Below the pieces are notes generated by a model. It ran no database searches, was not told the DNA's origin, and saw nothing but the letters and a program-made list of their open reading frames with translations. Below are positions 13,358 through 27,186 of a stretch of DNA of 64,000 nucleotides, in pieces (position 1 is the stretch's first letter; every line of letters begins with the position of its first letter). A program made the translations under genes and the position numbers. Source of the DNA: Octopus vulgaris (taxonomy: Eukaryota); assembly GCA_951406725.2 (NCBI GenBank), contig OX597830.1:56730001-56794000 (forward strand), written 5' to 3'.

Positions 13358-13642
13358 GTGAGTATCTACTACAACTTACCTTCTTCCGTTTCTATTTCTA
13401 CATCTAAATCTCTCTTCCTTGTTTTCCATTTTTCTGCTTACCTACCTACCTACCTACCTACCTACCTATCCATCTATATAAATATCTCTGGTTTTGTACC
13501 TCTCCATCAACTAGTTCTCTGTCTAGATATCTTCCACTTTATCGCTGTTCCCCCATCTGTCTCTCACATATATATGTATTTATTTATATTTATACATATA
13601 TATATATTTACACACACACACACACATACATATATATATTTA

Positions 13643-14458
13643 TCTTAATATATAAATCCCGTTCTGTCTGTCTGTCTGTGCGCTTTTAACTCGAGTATTG
13701 TTCATTTGATCGCGCTGAACATGGATACATAAGAGAGCGGGGTGTTCCGTAATCTAAAAAGATTTTCAAGATTGTTTCAAAGTGAGAATTGCTATTTTGG
13801 TAATCTTTTGTCCTGTTTGTTCTGCCTTTAAAAGCAATGTGTTTTCTCAGACAGCCAGCACATACCATTTCGCTAGCAACAAGGGGAGTACAGGATGACA
13901 GTCAGCCAAAACTGTTGCTATGCTGTCTCTCTTCTTTCCTCTCTCTGTCTCTCTTATGATATCTGATTCCACTTGAAATTGTATATATATTGTGTTAAGA
14001 TTCGTTATCAATCAGTTATCCTTATTGAGAAAAAAAAATCAAAAGTAACCACCACATACAATCACCAAACATCTCCACTACTTAACACCGTCCAAGTTAA
14101 CCCTCTTCACCTTTACAGCTGACATGAAAAACTACGAGGAAAAGGCAACCATTTTAATTAAGCAAAAAAGAGAAAAAATTGCTATTAAAACGTAAAATTT
14201 GGGGGTTAATAATCTTAATCTTTAGTTACAGTTTCTCATTCAAACTACATAATAGACAAAATTGTTGCATTAAGACAGTAGGGTGTTTTGAGGGAGATTT
14301 GCCTGCTATTTCTACCAGATCTAGCTACCATATAAAGGTCTTCCTCATTGGCTCATACATACATATATACATAAAATCGAGATAAAATACTTAAAGCAAC
14401 AGGCGTCAAATACAAAAGCCAAGGTCCATGCAGTGTCATGGGCCAAAAAAATTTCTAA
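13643..14458 (+). mobile_element. Non-autonomous Helitron-like element
   Basis: 5' TCTTAATATATAAAT + (CTGT)n; degenerate 3' hairpin CCATGCAGTGTCATGG followed by CTAA. Confidence 0.5.
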
Positions 14459-14564
14459 CTTCTTGCCTAATGCAAGCCCAGAGCAATCTCTTATATTTTC
14501 ACTATTTCAGTATTACGTCTCTATTGTAATGTGAGATAATACTTTAAGTTTGAAAGAAGTCTGT

Positions 14565-14617
<53 letters not shown>

Positions 14618-15439
14618 CTTATGTATTCCAAAACCGAGTTACAGATTTTGACGTATGGGCTATCAAAAGATTCAGTACTATTTTGGCTACAAATTAAACT
14701 TAACTTCCATTCACATATTTGCACTTCAAAAATTTAACATAATCTTTTCCATAAATCAACTATTGTAAACATTTTATACGATGATGTCACATTTTCTATA
14801 TGTGTGTGTACCTTAAAAGACATCAATCATCATGACACACTCCTTCACTCACTCTCTCTATCTCTCACGCTCTTTCTCTCTCTCATACATGCACACGCAC
14901 ACACACACACACACATGTCCATTTAATATAGACATACATACATCTTTCACTTTCTTTCTCAGTTCTTTTTGCTTTCTATTCTTTTAATTTCTGCTTTCTT
15001 CAAATAAATTTTTATGGATACAACTGCTTACAAAAATAGGGATTCTTTCTATGTACATAATTTTTTGTTTACAATATTGAAAAAAACTTCCTCCAAATTT
15101 ACTTTATCCAACCAATGCCAGGACAACAAACCCGAAGGTGGTGTCAACATATGTGATGATGGGTCATGTTAGACACAGTGTCAACTGCTGCAAAAGAGAG
15201 TATATCCACTGACAGCTTTACGGTGCGTTCAAAAATCCCATAACCCCAACAGGTTAATACCTGAAATACTCCAAACAGACGCATAGCCCATTGCTTAGTC
15301 GAATTAGCCCATCATTTACTCCACAAATGTTTTGTTGTCAATGGTGCACTTTCTCATATCACCTGTTTCAACATAACTATAATATATTATATACAAACTA
15401 TGCCATTTTAATCCCAAGCAACGCCAAGTATCTCTGCTA

Positions 15440-15440
<1 letters not shown>
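14565..15440 (+). mobile_element. Non-autonomous Helitron-like element
   Basis: 3' end CCCAAGCAACGCCAAGTATCTCTGCTAG|T (decayed hairpin + CTAG); 5' boundary lies inside a TA repeat and is uncertain. Confidence 0.6.
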
Positions 15441-15478
<38 letters not shown>

Positions 15479-15754
15479 CTTTTGGTGTGAATGGTTTTGT
15501 TATATGGAGCTGTATTTTACAATCCTGTAAATAACTATGAGGGCATTTTTAAATAAGCTTAAAGCTTATGGCGATCACTGTGCAATGACTAAGGAAAATA
15601 GTCTAATAACAGGGCATATAAGCCCACCACAGAAAAAAGAAGGCTTTCCTATCAGCGTATCTATCTATCTATCTATCTATATATATATATGTGCTACATG
15701 TTAGTCAATAGATTATATGTAATCTAACTGTCTACCTACGTTTTTATCTTTCAG

Positions 15755-15827
15755 TTTGCAACCAATCTTGCAGATTTCCAGTTCCTTTACATTGATTTAA
15801 TCATCACAACCTCTGTTGCTGTTCTCA
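15755..15827 (+). CDS. ATP13A3: P5B ATPase exon (TM6)
   Basis: tttcAG|FATNLADFQFLYIDLIITTSVAVL|GTaagt; 73 nt, phase 0/1; DxQFLxIDL motif. Confidence 0.96.
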
Positions 15828-15849
15828 GTAAGTTAGACCAATTATGTAA

Positions 15850-15880
<31 letters not shown>

Positions 15881-16166
15881 ATACCATTTGTATATTACAC
15901 ATACACTTATTCACACTCATATACTTAGTCACACATATGCACACACACACACACACTGTTGTTAGTGCCTAAACATAACCTCTATGTACATTGGAATGGT
16001 TATCAGGCTGTTTTATTTTTATATTTATTCTTTCTTTTCGGTTAATATTAAATTCTGGAAAATATTCTTTCAAGCATGATTCTTCTTTAGAGTTAGACAT
16101 AGCTATTTTGATAGAACTAGTGGGAAAAAAAATTTTTTTCCCATATAAAGAGAAAAATTAACGATA

Positions 16167-16528
16167 CGCAGGAGCGGCTGTGTGGTAAGTAGCTTGCTTA
16201 CCAACCACATGGTCCCGGGTTCATTCCCTCTGCATGGCACCTTGGGCAAGTGTCTTCTACTATAGCCTTGGGCCGACCAAAGCCTTGTGAGTGAATTTGG
16301 TAGACGTATATATGTATGTGTGTGTATATGTTTGTGTATCTGTATTTGTCCCCCTAGCATTGCTTGACAACTGATGCTGGTGTGTTTATGTCCCCGTAAC
16401 TTAGCGGTTCAGTAAAAGAGACCGATAGAATAAGTACTAGGCTTACAAAGAATAAGTCCTGGGGTCAATTTGTTCGACTAAATGTGGTGCTCCAGCATGA
16501 CCACAGTCAAATGACTGAAACAAGTAAA
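16167..16528 (+). mobile_element. tRNA-derived SINE family 4
   Basis: GGCTGTGTGGTAAG..GGTTCATTCC..GGCACCTTGGGCAAGTGTCTTCT core; copies at 11362-11515(-), 27985-28348(-), 58378-58530(+). Confidence 0.78.
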
Positions 16529-16905
16529 CGTATAATAGTTTGATTAAGTGCAATGCATGAAACTTTCAGTCTTGAACTCACTTATGTAGCTTTAGTGTTA
16601 AATGAAAAAAAAAATAAAACAATTTGTAACACTCAAGAAGACTTGTCCTCCACAGCAGAAGTGTTAAGACCATTCTCTCCTGCGAGACTCCTGTGTCAGT
16701 GCCATATAAAAAGCACTCGTGCTGGTGCCATGTAAAGGGACTCATGCCATAAAATTGTTTAAGGTGAGGTGGTCCTTTCAAGAAAGCAAAAGCTACTAAA
16801 ATGTACTGGCAATCTAAGGTTCAGCCTTTGTTAGTTTGTCCCATGTCTTCCAGGATTTCCGTCTTCCACAAGTTCCATCTACATCAAGTGATCAGTACAT
16901 CTTTA

Positions 16906-17326
16906 GGATCTTTTTGGTTTGAACGGCAGTTTTTAACATAATTTCTAGGTAACTAAAAAATGTTAAACTTTGTATACTGGTAGAATGTGTTTGTAAAACA
17001 TCTTTTTCTCTTGGCTTTATTGAGAAAATTTTATAGTTTGTAAGATATTTGTTGTTGTTTTTCTTCAATTTCTTCAATTTCAACCATTCACTGACGTCTA
17101 TTGAGGTAAAAAAACATTCTGTGCTGTATAAATATGTCCCTCGTTTAAGAAACAGATTGGGTTTATTTACATTTGTGAAGAAAAAAAGATACCCTTGCCC
17201 CACCCCTAACCCTAACTAACCCTAAAACAGATTGAAATGCAATAGATCGATACTAGGGTCATAATTATGGGTGACAATTTCATATGACACCGCTAGAAAA
17301 AACTGCCATTCAAACCGAAAAGATCC
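16906..17326. mobile_element. MITE, second copy of the same family
   Basis: Same TIRs; perfect 8-bp TSD CATCTTTA on both sides. Confidence 0.93.
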
Positions 17327-17480
17327 CATCTTTATACTGCTGTTCTATTTCATATACATCATATACCCATACCAATACAATCTTATTTCTTGCACCTTAC
17401 ACCTGATTTCCCTCCTCAATGCATTTCTAGCTCATTGTTCATGCACACACCTGTATATGTATATTTATGTATATTTTCAG

Positions 17481-17631
17481 TGGGTTACACACAGTCCCAT
17501 AACAAGTTAGCTGTGAAGAAACCAGCAGGAAGTCTCATCAAACTCACCAATATATTTTCTATACTCTCACAGATACTCGTAGCTATTTGTTTCCAAACTT
17601 CCGCATTTCTCTACCTACAAAATCAAAGCTG
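17481..17631 (+). CDS. ATP13A3: P5B ATPase exon (TM7)
   Basis: tttcAG|(M)GYTQSHNKLAVKKPAGSLIKLTNIFSILSQILVAICFQTSAFLYLQNQS|GTaagt; 151 nt, phase 1/2. Confidence 0.95.
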
Positions 17632-19040
17632 GTAAGTAAACTCTCGTTTCTGTTTTATCTAAGGTCTGTCGTTAACGTGTTGCTCTTTTCTACGGTATGT
17701 TGTTAATGTATTATCCATTTCTAGCAGCTGTTGCTACTTCCATTTTAACACAAGTTCAAACCCTATTGCTGCTGCTATTGTTGGGCATATTTTTAACAAG
17801 GGTCATAGCTCTATTTTCCTCCATTTGGGTATGAGACATTTCGACACCATCAATGAGGTGTTGCTGATATGACCCTGACTTATTTTATATCATACATTTA
17901 ATGTTCCTCCTGTTTTCCCCCTCTTCCCCTCTTTTTCTCTAGGTATAGAGTACATTTCATCATCATCATCATTGTTTAACATCCATTTTCCGCGCTAGCA
18001 TGGGTTGGACGGTTCGACCGGGGTCTGGGAAGCCAGGGGCTGCTCCAGGATCCAGTCTGATCTGGCAGAATTTCTACGGCTGGATGCCCTTCCTAACGCC
18101 AACCACTCTGCGAGTGTAGTGGGTGCTTTTTATGAGAAGAGGGAAATCCACTCGCAAGGCTTTGGTTGGCTCAGGGCTGTAGTAGAAGACACTTGCCCAA
18201 GGTGCAACACAGTGGGACTGAACCCAGAACCATGTGGTTCTGTTATTTGAATGTATTCCCCTGTCCATCATATCTTCACCATCTTCTTCCTCTATCTCTC
18301 CTACTGAGATAGTCGTGCATCTCCTTTATTGCAAGGCGTTTATTTCTGTCCATCTGCTCACACTCTAACCCCTCATCTGGCACTGAGTCATTTTCCTCAA
18401 TACTACTTCACACCTCAGTTGAAGGATCTTGTCTTGACTGATGCCAGTACTGCCTGGCTGGCACCTGTGCCAAGTAGCATGTAAAAAGCACCATTCGAGC
18501 GTGTCTGATGCCAGTGCCACTTGACTGGCATCTATACTGATGGAACGTAAAAAGCACCATTTGAGCATGGCATGTAAAGATCACCCACTACACTCTCGGA
18601 GTGGTTGGTGTTAGGAGCTGTAGAAAACCTTGCCAAATCAGATTGAAGCTTGGTCAGTTCTCAGTCAAGCCATCCATCCCATGTCAGCCTGGACAGTAGA
18701 CGTTAAATGATGATGACGACAATGATGATGATGATGACTGCTGCAGGTGCCATGTAAAAAGCAACCGGCACCTTCTTTTAAGTGGTTGGTCTTAGGAAGG
18801 GCTTCCAGCCATAGAAATTAAGCCAAAGACAGTAGAGCTTGGCACAGTTTTCTAAATTTTCAGTACCTATTAACCCATCCAACGCATGCCTGCATCATGC
18901 AAAACACACGTTAAATGATGATGTTGATGATGATGATGATGAGATGAGGGTGATGATGGCAGTGGTGGTGTAGTAGTAGTAGTGGCAGTATAAACTTTGT
19001 GAAAACCCATCTTTTCTGTTTTTCACCCTCTCTGTTGTAG

Positions 19041-19189
19041 GTATAAACCTGTAAAGAAGATCACCAGTGATGACGTTGTCAAGTGTTCCGAAACCACTCT
19101 TGTATTTTTAGTATCCTCGTTCCAGTACATTTTTGTAGCTTTTGCTTTCTCGAAAGGACCACCTCACCGTAAACTATTTTATACAAATG
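19041..19189 (+). CDS. ATP13A3: P5B ATPase exon (TM8)
   Basis: ttgtAG|(W)[49 protein letters not shown]|GTaagc; 149 nt, phase 2/1; SSFQY...FSKGxPxR...YTN motif. Confidence 0.96.
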
Positions 19190-20149
19190 GTAAGCAGCTT
19201 TTTTTTTCTTTAAATTACACTGTCTGTGTCCTTCCTCTCCTGTCTTTCTATGTAAATCTTGTGAGTGAATTTGGTAGATAGAAACTGAAAAAAAGCTTTT
19301 TGTGTGTATGTCTGTCTAAATTCTATCTATTTATCTTTATATAAATAAAAGAGGCAGGCAACAGGCTGCTTAGCCACATACCAAAAAAATTAGAAATAGC
19401 AGTCAGAGACTGTTTATTTCTATTTTCTACAAACGAGACTCTACATACAACATATCCCTGTAATTCACATATGCAAAACAGAAGGAATAAATAACGAAAA
19501 CAAAGTCTAATGGTCATTTACGAACGTGTTTCTAGATTAGGAATATAATAATAAAATATATGTTCCATGTCTTTCATCAGCGTAAACCTCCACCAAAATA
19601 GATTTATCAAATGCTACGTACCTCCACTTCCCGATCAGGCGACATTGAAATAGTGGAAGAAAGCGAGCATAGGCTAAACCTATATAGATGACTGAATTCG
19701 TAAATTTTCCCTCCAAAATTTTATCGTGCGCATTACAAAAATAGTTCCTTAGAGATAGAAACTATGGGTTGTCGTAAGGGAGTAAAAATTCCAATTAGTA
19801 ATTGGAATATTTATCCAATTACTAATTGGAATATTCCAATTACTAATTGGAATATTTATCTTTATATATATGTGTGTGTGTGTGTGTGTTTACATTTATC
19901 CCCTATTTAAGTCACAAGCTGTGAAGTATAGTTGTTATTGTCACTTCTGTCAGTAGATTTCCACACCTTCAAAGACATCCCTTTCTCCAAAATCTGGTAA
20001 TGTCAGCAAATTTACTGTTCACTATATAAATGAGGTGTGAATATTAACAACATTCTACTGTATAGTATTATTGTATTCTGTCTAACAACTGCTGTTGTTG
20101 TTGTTGTTGTTGTTGTATTTGCTACCTCTGTTCCCATTGACACTACCCT

Positions 20150-20500
20150 TTATCTCCGGCTCTGAAATGCTATATTACTTCAGGTACCACCTGAAAAGCA
20201 AGATAGGGCTGGAGAGAAGGCACCTGTCGAAAAGAGCATATGAGGGAAGATGGAAGGATGTAGTAAGGAAGTTGGGAGCGAATGTCCCTACTTAACTCAT
20301 CCAGGGTAAAAAGAAAAGGTGTAGCCGTTGGAACTTTAAAAAAAAAGTTGGAACTTAAAGTAATATCAAAATTTAAAAAAAATTTTATACAAGTCATTTT
20401 AATATATTTTTATAAAAAAAACTCGCTAAATAAACCCTTTTAAATGTTTGTAGTGTCCTGTGTTGTCCCTTCTATGTTTGATTGTATAATCGTAATAAAG
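20150..20500 (+). mobile_element. Probable L1/Tx1-like LINE 3' end
   Basis: LYYFRYHLKSKIGLERRHLSKRAYEGRW resembles an L1/Tx1 ORF2 C-terminus; followed by 3' UTR ending TTGTCCCTTCTATGTTT..TAATAAAG. Confidence 0.45.
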
Positions 20501-20540
20501 AGAGTTACTACGTTGATATATATATTCTTTCTATTTACAG

Positions 20541-20629
20541 TACCATTTACATCCGTTACAGTACTATTAGTTGGTTTCACACTATTACTTCTGCTTCATC
20601 CATTTTCATTTCTGGCTCAGTTTTTCCAG
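20541..20629 (+). CDS. ATP13A3: P5B ATPase exon (TM9)
   Basis: ttacAG|(V)PFTSVTVLLVGFTLLLLLHPFSFLAQFFQ|GTatga; 89 nt, phase 1/0. Confidence 0.92.
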
Positions 20630-21351
20630 GTATGATATTTACTGTCTTTATTTCAATTGTTGCTGTTGTTGTTGGTGGTGGTATTACTATTATTATTATT
20701 ATTATTGTTGTTGTTGTTGTTATTATTATCGTTATTAAATTGACAAACCCCTCCAAATTTCAAGCCTTGTGCCTATAGTAGAAAGGTTATTATTATTAAG
20801 GGCAGAGACCTGGCTGAATTGTTAGCACACTGGGCAAAATGCTTAGCAGCATATTTAGAAATATTTGATACAATGTGATATCGAAACTATGATATTTGCT
20901 GTTTTATCACATGAAATGATATTCACTCTCCATTCTAAACTATTTGATATTCTCTTTGATTTTCTGGTCCTGAATGTCTTATAATCATTCTGCACCAATT
21001 TACAAACATGAGCTTCAAATTCCTGCAGCTGCCAGACTAGTTTACTGGTATCTTGCACAATGCAGTATTAATAAACTTGATATCTTCTAAAATATAAATT
21101 GAAATATGAAATAGAGTTTATTCTTACATGTGCATTGACTGTGGATACTAGCTCATAATTTTCACATTATATGCATATAAGCCACGGGCTGGTGGTCTAT
21201 TCACCTCCAATTTGATTTGGGTGCATGATGTCATAATAATAACAAAACATTGATGTTTATCACTCCTGAATGGGATCTGAGGTGAGTTATCTCACCTTCC
21301 CATGATTTTCAGGTGTTTTAACATTTGACACCTTGAGGAAGTAATCTCTAC

Positions 21352-21815
21352 CAGAGATACATGAAGAATATTTGAATTCTACCAGGCGACTAGAATCCTT
21401 CGATCACCTTTGTCTACGCCGCATCCTTCGTGTCCGATGGCATCACTTTGTCTCCAACAATTCGGTGCGACACTAGTGCAGAATCACCTCCCTCCAACAA
21501 GTCATCCTAACGAGATGTCTGCGTTGGCTGGGTCATGCCCTCCGTCATCAACCAGGAGAATTCATCTACAAAGCAATTGCCCCAGCTCCCCTTCAGGGTT
21601 GGTGAAAGCAATGTGGTGGACAACGAAAAACCTGGCTGATGACAGTCAAGGCTGATATCTACGGCGTTCGCCGCTGGAATAAGGAGTGGTTGGAGATCAC
21701 GCGGTTGTTAGCTTCAAATCACCAGGCCTGGTCGGCATTTGTGAGAGATGCAGCATTGAGGATGAATGAAGCTCAACCCACCCTGGGTGAATGCTGTAAG
21801 AAGAAGAAGAAGAAG
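21352..21815 (+). mobile_element. RTE-like LINE 3' fragment with (AAG)n tail
   Basis: CLRRILRVRW..LRWLGHALR..GGQRKTW..; AAG tail; AATCTCTAC on both flanks (possible TSD). Confidence 0.82.
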
Positions 21816-21974
21816 AATCTCTACTAGGCCAAGTGAAGTCCTACTGGCAACTGCACAAAGCATGTGCTTTAAGTATGTGTAGTCAATAATGTCTAAAATA
21901 TATTTGCTATGCTTTGTCACATGAACTAATATTCTCTCGTCCCATTCAACTGGTGTCTCCTTACCTCTCTGCAG

Positions 21975-22058
21975 ATGGTCCCCTTTGAAAATACTCACTT
22001 CAAAACAATCCTGTTGGTGATAATAGCATGCAATGCTGTTAGTTGTTTATTTATTGAG
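21975..22058 (+). CDS. ATP13A3: P5B ATPase exon (TM10)
   Basis: ctgcAG|MVPFENTHFKTILLVIIACNAVSCLFIE|GTaagt; 84 nt, phase 0/0. Confidence 0.92.
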
Positions 22059-22191
22059 GTAAGTGGTGCTGGTGGTTATTTTTGGTGAACTGGTACTTGT
22101 AGCTGTGTAATCACACACACATGCATTCACACACACACACACACACAATCACATTCATACTTATACATAAGCACATTCACACACTCTCATA

Positions 22192-22413
22192 TATTGAACT
22201 GGGCAAAAGTAGGTATACAGTTGCTTAATATGAGTGGAATAGTCTTTTCATTTCTCTATTTTAAACCTAAGAGATACACAAGTTAACTAAGGGATCTGTG
22301 GGAGATGCCTAGTACATTGGAAGCATTCTTTTTTTTAATTTCTGGGACTTAAAGCGAATGCTTGGGCCATAAGCTTTTCATTTTCTGTATACCGCCTTTT
22401 GCTCACCCCTGTA
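22192..22413. mobile_element. Tc1/mariner-type MITE
   Basis: Imperfect TIRs GGGCAAAAGTAGGTATACAG / CTGTATACCGCCTTTTGCTC ending in CCCTGTA. Confidence 0.55.
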
Positions 22414-22448
22414 TTAACATATGCTCATTTGCATGCATGCATACATAC

Positions 22449-22501
<53 letters not shown>

Positions 22502-23756
22502 TACATACAAGTTGTAGACACATATTTATGGACTTTTTTTTTCATCATGCAACATTGCCATGTTTTGTAATTCATTCTCGTAATGTGATCATATTTGCTG
22601 ACCTTGTAGCAAATAAATCATCACCATCATCATCATCATCATCATCATTTAATGTCCATTTTCCATGCTGGACGGTTTGACAGGAGCTGGTTAGCTGGAG
22701 AACTTCACCAGGCTCCAGTTTCTGTCCAGTTTCTATGGCGGGAATGCACTTCCTAGTGCCAACCACTTTACAGAGTGTTCTGAGTGGATTTTATATGACA
22801 CCAGCATGGGTGCTTTTATGTGCTATTACATGCCATGGCATGGGTGAACATTTTGCGAGCTCACAAGGCAAGGAGCTCTCGGCTGAGAGAGTAAGTACAG
22901 GAGGGATAGGAGGGAATAGCTGTGAAGGACATGCCTGTATGTATGGATGGCCACAATTTTACTCAGCTTACTATGATTAAAAGAGCTGTGGATTTACAGA
23001 ATCAGTAGAGCTTTGAAGGTAATGGATTGTGAAAAATCATTAATTGTGAAAAATCATTAATCGTGCGGCTGATGACACGTAATGGACCCCGACAGCGGCA
23101 GCAGCAGAAGAGGAGGAACAATGACAATGGAGAGGCCGCACACCCACAGATGATGACGAGCGAAACGAGCGGACATCCACATAGATCCGTTCGCGCCCAC
23201 TGATCGCTCGCTCGCACTCGTCTCGTCTCGTATATGCTCGCCTGGTCCGTCCTCCTCCGAGCCCACCTGCCACCGCCGTCGTCACTCCCGTGGCCACCAT
23301 CATTCAGTGTTCGCTCTGCGTGATCGTTACCAGCATCGCCTTACTGGCACCTGTGCTGGTGGTATGTGTAAAAGATTCGAGCGAGGTCGTTGCCAGTACC
23401 GCCTGACATCGTTGCCAGTACCGCCTGACTAGCCTTCATGCTGGTGGCATGTAAAAGCACCAACTACACTCTCGGAGTGGTTGGCATTAGGAAGGGCATC
23501 CAGCTGTAGAAACTCTGCCAGATCAAGATTGAAGCCTGGTGCGGCCATCTGGTTCACCAGCCCTCAGTCATTCGTCCAACCCATGCTATCTTGGAAAGCA
23601 GACGTTAAACGGTGATGATGATGATGAATTCAGAGCAATGTGAATAAATAAGCATTACATTTGACAGAGTAATTTGAATGTTAAAGAGTTTAAAAATTTT
23701 TTTTTAAAAACACTCCAAAATTAAATTACTGAATGTCTCTTCATTTCTATTTTCAG

Positions 23757-23984
23757 TTTTTAATTGTCGATTTCAATATCTTTTCCCGCCTACGGAGAAA
23801 ATTTCAGTGGCGGAAAAGGAAAGTGAAACTGCACAAAAAACTGGACCGCCAATTACATTTGATGTGTGACTGGCCACCAGTCGGCAACTGTACGTATGCG
23901 TCAGACTTTTTGGCCAATAACACTGTCGCCAACAGCATCACAGAGCAGAATTCTATGGATACATCTATAGAAATGAGCAGATGA
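23757..23984 (+). CDS. ATP13A3: P5B ATPase terminal coding exon
   Basis: tttcAG|FLIVDFNIFSRLRRKFQWRKRKVKLHKKLDRQLHLMCDWPPVG...SR*; basic stretch plus WPP typical of the P5B C-terminus; TGA ends at 23984. Confidence 0.92.
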   Translation, partial: FLIVDFNIFSRLRRKFQWRKRKVKLHKKLDRQLHLMCDWPPVGNCTYASDFLANNTVANSITEQNSMDTSIEMSR

Positions 23985-24125
23985 CATCTAATTGTGTTTA
24001 ATCTCTTATCAAAGTACATTTCTTCTTAAACTATTTCTAAAACATCTCACTTCTCTACTAAATATTTCTTAGCCTTGGTTAAAGTACCAGCTATCTATCA
24101 GTGTAAAGAAAAGTGTGTGTGTATT

Positions 24126-24173
<48 letters not shown>

Positions 24174-24176
24174 GTG

Positions 24177-24515
24177 AAGGCACATAGCTCAGTAGTTAGA
24201 TTGTCACGCTTACAATTGTGAGATTGTGAGTTCAATTCCTGGACTGGGTTGTGTATTGTGTACTTGAGCAAGACGCTTTATTTTCACGTTTGCTCCAGTT
24301 CACTCAGCTGTAGAAATGAGTTGTGATGTCACTGGTGCCAAGCTGTATCGGCCCCTTTGCCTTTCCCCTTGGACAATATCAGTGGCTTGGAAAGGGGAGA
24401 CTGGTATGCATGGGTGATTGCTAGTCTTCCACGAACAACCTTGCCTGGACTTGTACTTCAGAGGAGGAACTTTCTAGGTGCAATCCCACGGTCATTCGTC
24501 ACTGACGAGGGTCTG
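24177..24515 (+). mobile_element. SINE family 3 copy
   Basis: Matches 5607-5950. Confidence 0.8.
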
Positions 24516-24518
24516 TAC

Positions 24519-24572
<54 letters not shown>

Positions 24573-25982
24573 CACACATACACACACATACACACAAAGA
24601 AACTTAAATTTTGATTGGGCCAATGTCAAATGGAATATTTTTTTTAACTCATAATATATATTTTTTAGAATATTTTTTGCAGGTCGTGTATGTGTATATA
24701 AACATATACTGTGAAGTATTTATGTATGTATAATATAGGTGCAGCTATGACTGTGTGGTTTCAAACCTTACGAATTCAGGTTCCATTCCACTTCAAGGCA
24801 CCAACCCCAACACCTTATGCAAATGTCTTCTAAATTGGGCCAACCAATGGTTTATGGACGAAATTTAGTAAACAGAAACTGTATGGAAGCCTGCTGCATA
24901 TATATATATATGTGTGTGTCTGTGTGTTTGTGTGTATGACTGGACTGGCAGAATTGTAAGCATGTCAGACAAAAAGCTCAGTGGCATTCCTTTATGTTAT
25001 GAGTTGAAATCCTGTTAAGGTCAACTTTGCCTTTCATCCCTTCAAGGTCTATAAAGTGCTACTGAAGTATTGAGGGGTCACTGTAATTGACCTGTCCTCC
25101 TGCCCAATCAAACTTTCTGGCCTTGAACCCTGCAATAAATGGTGTTCCATTCAAGAGAACCATACTATTGAGATCTTGGTCACTTATACGCCATAGAAAC
25201 CAAGTTGCTGCCCTGATGTGTCTTAGGGCTCAAGGAGAAAAAAAATGGCAGGTTAGTGCATGTGCACACACAAGTTTGTCTTTTTTTTTAAATGTTTGAT
25301 AACTTGTAAGCAATGGTATATTTTACATTTACCTTAAGCAGTACATTGGGTAGCGGCTTCGTGATTTTATGAAGACTTGTGGAATAATAATACTTAACTT
25401 TAAAAAAGACAAGAGTTGGCAGCAAAAAGAGAACTCAGCCGTAAAATAATACCTCAAGAAACATGGAAAAAGAAAAAGCTGTTCATATATAAACAGGCAT
25501 ATGTAGGAACAGCATATACCATATTTACTGGCGTAAAGGACACATGAGATACACCCCCATTATCAGCAGTACATATTCAGAAAAAATGTTTTTAGGGTAT
25601 CAAAGCATGTGATGTAAGCCTAACTTTGCGTATAGAACCAGGGTAACTTGTTTTTTTTTTGGGTTTTTGATACATTTTATTTTTGGGATAGTGTGTCATT
25701 ATGTTCATGCTAGTATGGGTCTAGACAGTTGTTTGAGGCAAGATTTCACGACTGGATGCTCTTGCTATTACCGACTCTTGTTTGTTTCTCAAGCAAGGAA
25801 TATTTTCTTTATTCCACAAGACTTCGAAAGCACAGAACGACACCATGGAATATAAATACATATGCGCAGGCACACATAAAGATATCTACAGCAGGATTCC
25901 TGTAGCTGGACCAAACCTGAAACCATGTCGTTGCACAGTAAACTTTTTCAACCACACAGCCATGCTAATACCTATGTGTGTG

Positions 25983-26014
<32 letters not shown>

Positions 26015-26942
26015 TACATAAAGTGTCAGACACATGCAAGCATGGAAAAGTAGACGTTAAAAGGAGGATGATATATATATATACACATACGGAAATGTAT
26101 GTGTAAGATGTTCTTACACGGGCACAAACGTATGAATATTGGCTGATGTACATGGGGTAAATAATTTTTTTTTGTTTTTATGGCGTTGTGGGTGGCAGTT
26201 GTTTCTAGAAGATATACTGATGTCTATTTTACCAAAATGAATCTGTAAATAAAAAATCCTACCTTTTTTTCTGTTTGTTTCTGTAGTTTTTTATTATTAT
26301 TAAAGTCCTGTACTACAACTAACAACAATTGTCAATGAGATGTGTTTGGGATTGGGAAAAAAAAAGTAAAAGAACCAAGCACTTTATAGAAGGCCTTCAG
26401 GATTGAGGTTTTGGTGTTATTTGTAAATGGATTATATCAACATATTTTGGTGGTGCTTATATTTCCTAGCATTAGTATTTCCAAGGTTGGCTCCAGTGTT
26501 CGATGTGGTTATAGGGAGTCCAGTGTTTTGAGGTTTAACTCATTCTCCTTGTTTACCTTTCTTGACTTGTAAATGCTAAAGGAATGAGGAAGAATGATCA
26601 AGAACAACAAGGAGAGCATCATCGCAATAAAACTTCCAGTTGAAGACCTTTGATAGCTTGAGTAAAAGATACAGATCCAAAGGTCGGTAACATGGGGTCC
26701 AAGCCAGTTGAGCCCATAGTTGCACTAAACTCGGTCTCATGCTGTGAGGGACTACAACTCACCCTGGAAAACTATTAGAGCACATGTAACAATAAGATTA
26801 TTTATTAATGTAGTCTTTAAAGATGTTAATTTTCCTAGCAAAAAATTAGGGGCCCATTTAAACAGTATGGGATATATATAAGAAACATGCAGAATGTAAA
26901 ACATTTCACCTTCACTACTACCTGTGAAGTTTTAACACAATC

Positions 26943-27186
26943 TCAGGAATCAAATACTTCAGAAAAATATATAATTCCTTCTTACAAATTTCAAAACAAA
27001 CAAAATTTCTTTGAGAATTTTTGATCTTTTTATTTTTAACAGAAATGGCATTTTCTTTATAAGTGGTATGTCCACATACAAAGACCAAGCTCTATTGCTG
27101 TTCCAAATATATTGCACACGTGATCTGTTCTTGTAAGAGTACATACATTGAGTCCTGAGGTAAATAATTACCTTGGGAGTCACCAT
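26943..27186 (-). pseudogene. Decayed C-terminal RING-finger exon, mind bomb (MIB)-like
   Basis: tttcAG acceptor, then ...LLQEQITCAIYLEQQ*SLVFVCGHTTYKENA, resembling the last MIB RING (ITCPIC...LVFxCGHxxCxxC) with Cys losses and an in-frame TAG. Confidence 0.75.
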
